The notes under the pieces are model-generated. The model searched no databases and was not told the origin of the DNA. It saw nothing but the letters and a program-made list of their open reading frames with translations. A stretch of DNA of 64,000 nt from an uncultured Spirochaetaceae bacterium. GTDB lineage: Bacteria > Myxococcota_A > UBA9160 > UBA4427. Both the position numbers and the translations under genes were made by a program. This document shows positions 28,329 to 35,617 of this stretch, piece after piece. The DNA is taken from NCBI GenBank assembly GCA_964435795.1, contig CAYTAT010000004.1, positions 28,955-92,954 of the forward strand. Reading direction: 5' to 3'. Numbering within the stretch: position 1 is the stretch's first letter; the number at the start of each line of letters is the position of its first letter.

Positions 28329-30161
28329 CTAGAGCTTGCGACTGCGTTCGAGTACATCCGTGAGTCTGCGGGTCAGGGTGCCGGTTTCTCGGTCGCCGAG
28401 CTCGAGAATTTCCTGCAAGCCCAGGGCGACCTGGGGGATATAACTTTCGATGTAGGCGGCTTTCTTGGCCGCTTCCGCCGCGCGTTTCTTCTTTCGCACG
28501 TGGATGGCCATCCGGCGACCGCATTCCTGCAATGCGAAACGAAATTCCTTGATGATTTCAGGATATTGGGCCACGGCATCCTTGCTCTCGGAGGTAAAGG
28601 GCACCCAGACGCTGGCGATATGAATCATGATGAGAAGAGGGCCGATCGGCAGACCTCCCTTCGGATGTTGCAGCAGGTAGGATTTCCAATTCGTGGTGGA
28701 GACCGCTCGCGTGATCGCACAAGCGCCCTGCTGGTATTGCAGGGGCACCCGATTGGCGTAGCGATAGAGAGCGACGGAATCGTCCGCCGGCATGTCTCCC
28801 CCGTAGGCGATGCCCGCTTCCACGAGAAAAGGGTTGCCCCGATAGATCGTGGGTCGTCGGGTGACCGCGGCGTAGAAATCGGCATCGACCTCCGCTTTCA
28901 TGGCCGCCAGCATCAGATCCTCGCCGATGGGAGCAATGCAATCCGTGGGCGGGCTCATGATACGAGTCTTCTGGATGGCTTTGTAGATCGCATCTGCCTC
29001 ATCGCGCTTGATCTCCGAGGGTCGACGTTTCAGCGAAACGTCCGCATTTTCGCAGATCTGGGCCGCCACCCGGGAGGAAACCCGGGAGAAGTCATTTCGC
29101 AGGCAGCTGGAGACGCTTCGAGAGTCGGTGTCTCGGAAGATTTGCATCAGCACGCCGAGTTCGGTCCCGTAGGGATGGGGCTTTATTTCCGCCGTCTGTC
29201 TCGGGAGTTTTCGCGTGACGCGGGGGAAGACATGTTCTTCGCCATGCTCTTCGGCGACGGGAGGTACATAGGTGATCTGGGCGTGGGGGTTGGCGAGGGA
29301 AATCTGGCGAATGTAATTGTCCACGGAGTGTCGGCCACCGCGGTAGTGGGCCTCGAGTTCGATTTCCACCCGTGTACCGTGTGCCCGTTTCCATGGGATC
29401 GTGTTATCTCGCTTGACCCGGGGTTTATTCTTCTGGGTGTCGATCACGAGCTCGAAGTAGTGGGCCTCCCTTCCCCTGCCGGTTCGGGTCGTGATCTTCA
29501 GGGGCTTGCCGGTCGTCAGCAGGCCGTACATGCCCGCGGCGCTGATTCCGATTCCCTGCTGCCCCCGGCTCTGTCGTAGCCGGTGGAATTTCGAGCCGTA
29601 GAGCAGCCGACCGAAGATCTTGGGCACCTGGGCGCGGACGATTCCCGGTCCGTTGTCTTCGATCGCCACCGCGAAACGGGTTTCTCCCCGCTGACTGATT
29701 TCGATTCGGATATCCGGGACGATGCCGCCCTCCTCGCAGGCGTCGAGGGCATTATCCACCCCCTCTTTCACCGTCGTGAGCAGCGCCTTCGAGGGATTGT
29801 CGAAGCCGAGAAGGTGTCGGTTCTTCGCAAAGAATTCGGAGACCGAGATATCACGCTGCTTCTCGGCCATTTCGCTTGCGGTCGAAGTTCCCGGCTCCGC
29901 TCGTTTTCTCCTGGACGCAGTGGGATTGGAGGATTTCCGAGCGGGAGTCTTGCGGACGGCGGTCTTCTTTCGCTTCGCCGCCTTCTTCCCGCTCTTCGCT
30001 GCGGCGCCCGAGCGCCGTCGGTTGCTCGCCTTCTTCTTGCTGGCCTTCTTGCTGCCAGCCTTCTTTCGGGCGCCCTTCTTCTGCCCCGCTACGGCTCTCG
30101 CCATTTCCTGCCCCCCCCCGGAGACCCGAATTTCGCCTCCCGCTTGTCGGGGATCATCCAC
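28329..30161 (-). CDS. top6B: DNA topoisomerase VI subunit B (GHKL ATPase) with a Lys-rich N-terminal tail
   Basis: Bergerat-fold boxes VKEGVDNALDA, EDNGPGIV and SRGQQGIGIS, followed by transducer-length sequence. Tail QKKGARKKAGSKKASKKKASNRRRSGAAAKSGKKAAKRKKTAVRK. Start at GTG 30161 or ATG 30104. Confidence 0.85.
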   Translation of the reverse strand: MDDPRQAGGEIRVSGGGQEMARAVAGQKKGARKKAGSKKASKKKASNRRRSGAAAKSGKKAAKRKKTAVRKTPARKSSNPTASRRKRAEPGTSTASEMAEKQRDISVSEFFAKNRHLLGFDNPSKALLTTVKEGVDNALDACEEGGIVPDIRIEISQRGETRFAVAIEDNGPGIVRAQVPKIFGRLLYGSKFHRLRQSRGQQGIGISAAGMYGLLTTGKPLKITTRTGRGREAHYFELVIDTQKNKPRVKRDNTIPWKRAHGTRVEIELEAHYRGGRHSVDNYIRQISLANPHAQITYVPPVAEEHGEEHVFPRVTRKLPRQTAEIKPHPYGTELGVLMQIFRDTDSRSVSSCLRNDFSRVSSRVAAQICENADVSLKRRPSEIKRDEADAIYKAIQKTRIMSPPTDCIAPIGEDLMLAAMKAEVDADFYAAVTRRPTIYRGNPFLVEAGIAYGGDMPADDSVALYRYANRVPLQYQQGACAITRAVSTTNWKSYLLQHPKGGLPIGPLLIMIHIASVWVPFTSESKDAVAQYPEIIKEFRFALQECGRRMAIHVRKKKRAAEAAKKAAYIESYIPQVALGLQEILELGDRETGTLTRRLTDVLERSRKL

Positions 30162-30324
30162 GGTCAGGCCGAGGGGTCAAGGCATGGGGAAATATCAGCG
30201 GAGCCGGGTCGTGACGCGGGCGCCAGAAGGCCGTGCCCGTTGCTCGGAAGAGGCCTTCTGGATGCGGGGAAGCGCCGGGAAGGCCGTCGGCCAGGGGCCG
30301 GACTTCGGGAGCGGGCAGATGGAT

Positions 30325-30363
30325 CGGCGTCCGATCCCGAGACTGTCCCGGGATCGGACGCCG
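30325..30363. repeat. Perfect 15-bp inverted repeat with a 9-nt loop (CGGCGTCCGATCCCG / CGGGATCGGACGCCG)
   Basis: Read directly. It lies between the small ORF ending at 30415 and the top6B start. No T-tract on either side. Confidence 0.9.
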
Positions 30364-30414
30364 ACTGCGTACCCCTTCATGTCGTTCGCTTGCTCTTGAG
30401 AGAGGTCCGGTCCT

Positions 30415-30783
30415 TCAGGCAGACCGCACCGAACTCATCACGTTGACACTCGCGTCAGGACGCGTGGTACCCCGGAGCCGCACACGCCCCGATTGCAAAA
30501 GGTGGAAGACGGTTGCGTTGATCTCTTCGTTATCGTCCGTGACCTCGGAAATGGCGGTAACCAATTCGAGCAGGGTAAAAGCGGAATCGAGATGCTCGGC
30601 CGGCGGCGAGGATGGAGAAAGTTCGCGATTTTCATTCCAGCCTCGCTGAGGTATCCGCGAGGGGAAGCCCCCGTCGCCTGCCCACATTTGATTCTCTGGA
30701 TCCCGTTCCATTCTGGTCATGGTCTCATGCCCTCGAAGTAGTTGTCGTCTTCTCTCCAGGGGAGATGCAGTATCTGTGCCCAC
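30415..30783 (-). CDS. Small hypothetical protein (possible)
   Basis: It is the only sizeable ORF in the 770-nt gap between comM and top6B. The C-terminal half LDSAFTLLELVTAISEVTDDNEEINATVFHLLQSGRVRLRG looks protein-like. Alternative starts at 30720 and 30711. No family recognised. Confidence 0.35.
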   Translation of the reverse strand: MGTDTASPLERRRQLLRGHETMTRMERDPENQMWAGDGGFPSRIPQRGWNENRELSPSSPPAEHLDSAFTLLELVTAISEVTDDNEEINATVFHLLQSGRVRLRGTTRPDASVNVMSSVRSA

Positions 30784-30929
30784 CAGGAGTCGGAAATTTC
30801 CGGAGAAAAAACTCCTTTGAAACCAGACCCCGTTACCTGTTCCCCCAATCCAGTAGTCGCTGGGGTGGTCGAAAATGGACCAATTTTGCGCACCCCGGGC
30901 TGAAATAGAACACCAAGAACATCGAATAT

Positions 30930-32441
30930 TCAGGGTAAATTCCCCTCGGTGTATTCTCCGCGATATCCCAGTGCCTCCGCGACGGCCGCCGAATCGACTC
31001 GATCCTCGGCCGCCAGATCGGCGATGGTCCGGGCGACTCGTTGAATTCGGCGGGCGGCGCGAGCCGAGAGGTTCAGGCGATCCACTGCCCGCCCGAGCAG
31101 AGCGTTGGCTTCTCGGGTGATTGCGAGGCGGGTGTCGAGCTTCGCATCGAGGATGCGCGCGTTCGGCTCCGGACCTCGTTTCGCCTGTCGGCTTCGGGCG
31201 GCGAGCACGCGCTCGCGGGCCCTCTCACTGGGTTCTCCCGCGCTCGCCCCACTCAGTTTGCTCCAGGGTTGGGATGATACGTGGACGTGGAGATCGATGC
31301 GATCCAGGAGCGGGCCCGAGATTCGCTGTCGATAGCGTTGGATCGCCACCTCGTCGCAGCGACAATCCCTCGCACCACTGCCGTACCAGCCGCAGGGACA
31401 GGGATTGGCGGTCGCGGCCAGCGCGAAGTCCGCGGGGAAGAGGCAGCGATAGCCGGCCCGGGCCAGGAGGATCGAACGATCCTCCAGAACCTGGCGAAGC
31501 GCCTCCCGAGCGCGCCTTTCGAATTCCGGGAGTTCATCGAGGAAGAGCACTCCGCCGTGGGCCAAGGAGGCTTCGCCGGGTGTGGGTGGGCTGCCTCCTC
31601 CGAGCAATCCCGCCACCGTGGAGCTGTGGTGAGGGGCGCGGAAGGGTCGCTCGAAGACCGCGAACTGGTCCGGCGCGAGAGCATCCGCAGCTCCGTGGAT
31701 GCGGGTCACCCCGACGACTTCCTCGTCGCTGAGGGCCGGCAGCAGACCGGGCAGCCTTCGGGCCAGCATCGTCTTGCCCGATCCGGGCGGTCCGAAGAGG
31801 AGAATTCCGTGGCCACCGGCCGCGGCGATTTCCAGGGCTCTCTTGGCGTTCTCCTGTCCCCGGACATCGCTGAGGCATGGCATTTCTTCCCGGAGGTCCG
31901 GCGGCGCCGGCGCCGCCGGTTCCGCGAGCCTCGATAGACCCCGCAGGTGGCCGATGACCGCCGCCAGATCCGGGGCCGCCAGAACTTCGATGCTCGGCGC
32001 CAGACGGGCCGAACTCGCGCAGGCCGAAGGACAGATCAGGGTTCGGCAGCCCGCATCCCGAGCGGCCAGGGTCATTGCCAGGGCGCCGCGGACGCCGCGT
32101 AGGCGACCGTCGAGGGCCAATTCGCCTATGAACGCAACCCCCTCACACGCTCGCGTTGCGAGCGTGCCTCCGGCGACCAGGATGCCGATCGCGATCGCGA
32201 GATCGAGTCCGGAGCCACCCTTTCGCAGCGCCGCCGGGGCGAGGTTGACGGTGATTCGGTTCTGGGGGAATCGCTCCCCCACTGCGGAGATCGCGGCTCG
32301 TACTCGGGCCGCGCTCTCGCGAACGGATAATTCCGGCAGCCCGACGATATCGATTCTCGGCAACTGAGAACTGATGCGGACTTCCACCTCGATCGCGACG
32401 CCATCCACCCCCGTCAGGGCGGCACCCAGAACGCATGACAT
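30930..32441 (-). CDS. comM: YifB/ComM family Mg-chelatase-like AAA+ ATPase
   Basis: Lon-like N-domain (GLDLAIAIGILVA), Walker A GPPGSGKTMLARRL, GVLFLDELPEF, ATANPCPCG. Confidence 0.9.
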   Translation of the reverse strand: MSCVLGAALTGVDGVAIEVEVRISSQLPRIDIVGLPELSVRESAARVRAAISAVGERFPQNRITVNLAPAALRKGGSGLDLAIAIGILVAGGTLATRACEGVAFIGELALDGRLRGVRGALAMTLAARDAGCRTLICPSACASSARLAPSIEVLAAPDLAAVIGHLRGLSRLAEPAAPAPPDLREEMPCLSDVRGQENAKRALEIAAAGGHGILLFGPPGSGKTMLARRLPGLLPALSDEEVVGVTRIHGAADALAPDQFAVFERPFRAPHHSSTVAGLLGGGSPPTPGEASLAHGGVLFLDELPEFERRAREALRQVLEDRSILLARAGYRCLFPADFALAATANPCPCGWYGSGARDCRCDEVAIQRYRQRISGPLLDRIDLHVHVSSQPWSKLSGASAGEPSERARERVLAARSRQAKRGPEPNARILDAKLDTRLAITREANALLGRAVDRLNLSARAARRIQRVARTIADLAAEDRVDSAAVAEALGYRGEYTEGNLP

Positions 32442-32559
32442 GGGAAACTCCGAGGGGACCGGAGCGGGGCGGATGAAATGGACTTGTGCGCCTCGTTTCG
32501 GAGAGATGCGCTCCCGAACTCGGCGTTTCGGAACCTCAGCGTTGCACGCGCTCTTCTTT

Positions 32560-32610
32560 GGTTCTGCTTCCGGAGTGGTTCTGCTTCTGGAGTGGTTCTG
32601 CTTCTGGCTC
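32560..32610. repeat. Tandem direct repeat, 17 bp x3 (GGTTCTGCTTCYGGMKY)
   Basis: Units at 32560-32576, 32577-32593 and 32594-32610. Units 1 and 2 differ at one position, and unit 3 differs in its last 3 nt. Located in the comM / M28-like divergent intergenic region. Confidence 0.9.
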
Positions 32611-32777
32611 TGATCGCTCCGAGGAACTCGCAGCGGCTTCGCGACGAGCGGGGAGGGTGTCCAAAAGATGGGAGGCAGAGCCCCCAGGGAGGGGTCCTGC
32701 CTCCGACTCTTGAAAAGTCCCGCGAGGAGCGGGGCCTGTTATCTATAGAGTGGTTGTTCCGCGACAAATGTGTCGGG

Positions 32778-32802
32778 AATTATGCTGTCATCATAATTAT
32801 CG
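32778..32802. promoter_or_regulatory. AT-rich inverted repeat AATTATG-N7-CATAATT (possible operator, weakly Fur-box-like)
   Basis: Read directly. The reverse strand, GATAATTATGATGACAGCA, matches 11/19 of the classical GATAATGATAATCATTATC box by my hand alignment. It lies about 95 nt upstream of ATG 32895. Confidence 0.2.
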
Positions 32803-32894
32803 TGACTCCGTTCGCCCCCGGCGGGAAAGTGATTCCCCCGGCGACTCCGGGCTGCGACTTCAGGAGGTTCGGGATCGAGGCTATAATTCGGAGC

Positions 32895-34142
32895 ATGGAG
32901 GGGGCTGTGGGGCGCTGGCTGCGGCTGAAGTGCATATCGGGCTGCGCTTCCGGGGAGGGGTGCACTCGAGCGGGAGGCCGCAGCGCCTCGAGCGATTATT
33001 TTTCCGCTCCCGCCGCGGGGATCGGGGTTTTCTGGCTGCTCGCCATCCTGGCCTGCACTCCCATTTCGAGCCCCATCCGGCCGGCGATCCCCGCAGCTTC
33101 CGCCTCCCCGCAACCCTCGCTGCCCGACCCGGCTGCCGATGGGCTCGAACTGGTGTTTTCGGGCCAGAGGGTGGCAGCGGGAATCGATCTACTGGTCTCC
33201 CTTGGCTCTCGGGCGCCCGCGGCGCGGAGTTCGCTGCGGGCCCGCCGCCACCTGGCTCGGGAACTCGAGGCGTTGGGGGCCAGGCTGGAGCCCGGCTTCG
33301 AGGCCCGGGGATCGGAATCCGTCCAGGCACTGGTTGGCGTCCTGGCAGGAGACTCCGCGGATCCGCTGCTGCTGATCGCCCGCTACGACACCCTGCCCGG
33401 GGAGCGGGATGCGGGAGGTCCGCACGACCGTGCCGCGGCCTCGGGTGCGGCCTTCGTATTGGAGCTGGGTCGAATCCTCGCTTTGGAGCCCCGGCCCTAT
33501 TCGATCTGGTTGGTATTCATCGAGGCGGGCGCGGTCGATCCGCCTCCGGATGCCCGGGGCGCCATCGCGGTCCGGGCCTTCGATGCGGGCGATCAACTCT
33601 TCGAGGATTCGGCCTTCCCGGTCGCAGCGGGCCCGGCCTCGCAATCGATCGCGGGGGGAGTCCTCGCCCGAATTCGTCTGGCGATCTTCTTCGATGATCT
33701 GCTCGGACCGGACCTCGCCGTGGCCCGAGACCTGCGCTCCCAGCGAGTCTATCGTGAGACCTTCTGGGAGAGCGCTTTCGATCTCGGGCACGTCGGACTC
33801 TTTCCCCCGGATGCGGGCTTTCGATCCATTCCCGGCTTCCGCTTGACCCGGGAGCCAGGGGAGCCGCGCCCTTTCCTGATTCTTGCGGGGGATCGGTCGC
33901 TCAGCCGGGGTCGCAGTCGGCCGCCCGTTGTCGAAGTTCAGAAGGCCCAGATTCACGAAGAGATCCGGAGGCTCGGCGGTGTGAGTGTAGAAGCCCTGAA
34001 GCGAATCATGGGACGGCTGGCTCGAATGGACGCATTCTCACGGCTTCCGACGTCGAGGTTCCCGCTTCCCCCTGCTGCAGAGGTGGCCGAGACGTCTGCG
34101 CCCGTCGCCCCCACCCCGCCGCCGAGCGGAGTCGCCCCATGA
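32895..34142 (+). CDS. M28-peptidase-like lipoprotein with substituted metal-ligand positions (probable pseudo-enzyme)
   Basis: Lipobox LLAILAC. LLLIARYDTLPG...GGPHDRAAASGAAFVLELGRILA...SIWLVFIEAGA parallels the M28 pattern AHYDS...GAxDNASG..LLELAR...FxxFxAEExG. His is replaced by Arg, and EE by EA. The start is uncertain. Confidence 0.45.
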   Translation: MEGAVGRWLRLKCISGCASGEGCTRAGGRSASSDYFSAPAAGIGVFWLLAILACTPISSPIRPAIPAASASPQPSLPDPAADGLELVFSGQRVAAGIDLLVSLGSRAPAARSSLRARRHLARELEALGARLEPGFEARGSESVQALVGVLAGDSADPLLLIARYDTLPGERDAGGPHDRAAASGAAFVLELGRILALEPRPYSIWLVFIEAGAVDPPPDARGAIAVRAFDAGDQLFEDSAFPVAAGPASQSIAGGVLARIRLAIFFDDLLGPDLAVARDLRSQRVYRETFWESAFDLGHVGLFPPDAGFRSIPGFRLTREPGEPRPFLILAGDRSLSRGRSRPPVVEVQKAQIHEEIRRLGGVSVEALKRIMGRLARMDAFSRLPTSRFPLPPAAEVAETSAPVAPTPPPSGVAP

Positions 34143-34275
34143 GGATCCGCCGGAATGAATTTCAGGGCCGACAGACCCGGCACGCCCTCTCGCTTCTCCT
34201 CCTCCGACCCCGTGTCCGACCCCGACCCCGAGCCCAGGCCGGGCCTTCGGCAATTCGATTGGGCGGGAGAAAGCC

Positions 34276-35583
34276 TTGACTCGGGGCAGCGGGAATCCCA
34301 TCGATCGGTTCTTCCCTGGGCGGGTTCCTCTCGTCGTGCTGATCGTCTTTTCTCTTGGCATGGGGGGAGCCGATGGCCAGCAGCCCGAGCCAGCCGAGGT
34401 CAGCATCACCCTCTCGTCTCCGCGTGCGGATGAAGTGGTTCGCAATCGCGTCACGATGGCTCCGATCCGAGGCCGCGCGGAATCGGGTAGCGACGCCGGG
34501 GATAGGGATTTCGATGTGATGGTGGTGCTCGACGTTTCCCATTCCACCCGCTACCCCAGTGGTATCGACGTGGACGGGGATGGTGAAGTGGGTCTCGACC
34601 CCCGCCAGGAACTCGTGGCCGCGGGCACCTACCCCGCTGACCTGGTGTGCACCGATTCGGATGACACGATCCTCGCGGCGGAGATTATTGCCACGCGCCA
34701 TCTGCTCAAGATCCTCGATCCCAGCTTCACCCGGGTGGGAATCATCACCTTCTCGGGTGCGGCGAATCCCGAGACGGGGGAGAGATTGCGGCCGGATCAA
34801 AAGGATGCCGTCGTGCGCGTACCCCTGACCCGGAACTTCGAAACCATTTCATCCGCGCTGGATGAGATCCTTGCGGACGGTCCCCAGGGTGCGACCAATT
34901 TTTCGGCCGCCATCAAACTCTCGGTGATCGAACTCGCGGGTCTTTCCCGGGCCTATAGCGAGCCTCGGGCCTTTTCGCGCAAGGTCGTGCTCTTCCTGAC
35001 GGATGGCGTTCCGACCTTTCCCTACGGCCTGGCCACTCAATCTGATCCGGCGGATGTCGAGGCGGCCATTTCCGCGGCTCGCTTTGCCCGTACTGCGGGG
35101 ATCCGATTGAATACCTTCGCCCTGGGAGCCCATGCGATGGTATCGCCCCTGGCCCTTTCCGAGATGTCTCGCATCACACTGGGCAGTTTCACTGCGGTTC
35201 GCAACGCGGGGGATATCATCAATTTCCTTCAGGGTGTTTCCTTCTCGGATATTGAAGACGTCGTCGTGACCAATCTCAGCACCGGGGAAATCTCCTACGA
35301 TGTGGAGCTGGCTCCGGATGGAGGCTTCAATGCCTTCGTTCCCGTTCGGGAGGGACGCAACCGTATCGAAGTCGCTGCGCTGGCGGGAGACGGTGGAGAG
35401 GCGCGTCTGAGCTTCGATTTGAGTTTCGAAAAATCCGGCCTCACTCCCCGGGAATTGGCTCTCGAACTGGAACGGATCAAGAAGAGAAATCGGGCGTTGA
35501 TGCTTCTGATCGAACGCAGGCGGATCGAAGAATTTCGTGCGCGACAGCGTAGGCGGGTGGAGGTCGGCGTGAGCGATGAATAA
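34276..35583 (+). CDS. Secreted von Willebrand factor A (VWA) domain protein
   Basis: N-terminal hydrophobic signal. MIDAS DVSHST, an inserted DVDGDGEVG, ITFSG, LFLTDGVPT. C-terminal beta-rich domain plus a charged helix (RKRNRALMLLIERRRIEEFRARQRRR). TTG start. Confidence 0.75.
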   Translation: MTRGSGNPIDRFFPGRVPLVVLIVFSLGMGGADGQQPEPAEVSITLSSPRADEVVRNRVTMAPIRGRAESGSDAGDRDFDVMVVLDVSHSTRYPSGIDVDGDGEVGLDPRQELVAAGTYPADLVCTDSDDTILAAEIIATRHLLKILDPSFTRVGIITFSGAANPETGERLRPDQKDAVVRVPLTRNFETISSALDEILADGPQGATNFSAAIKLSVIELAGLSRAYSEPRAFSRKVVLFLTDGVPTFPYGLATQSDPADVEAAISAARFARTAGIRLNTFALGAHAMVSPLALSEMSRITLGSFTAVRNAGDIINFLQGVSFSDIEDVVVTNLSTGEISYDVELAPDGGFNAFVPVREGRNRIEVAALAGDGGEARLSFDLSFEKSGLTPRELALELERIKKRNRALMLLIERRRIEEFRARQRRRVEVGVSDE

Positions 35584-35617
35584 GAGGGCCATCCGCACCC
35601 TCGCTCACGCTCTTCCC

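Noticed and set aside
27131-29579. Long plus-strand ORFs (27131-28363 and 28032-29579) opposite top6A and top6B.
   Set aside because: They mirror the real minus-strand genes and have low-complexity, motif-free translations. The topo VI motifs are unambiguous on the minus strand.
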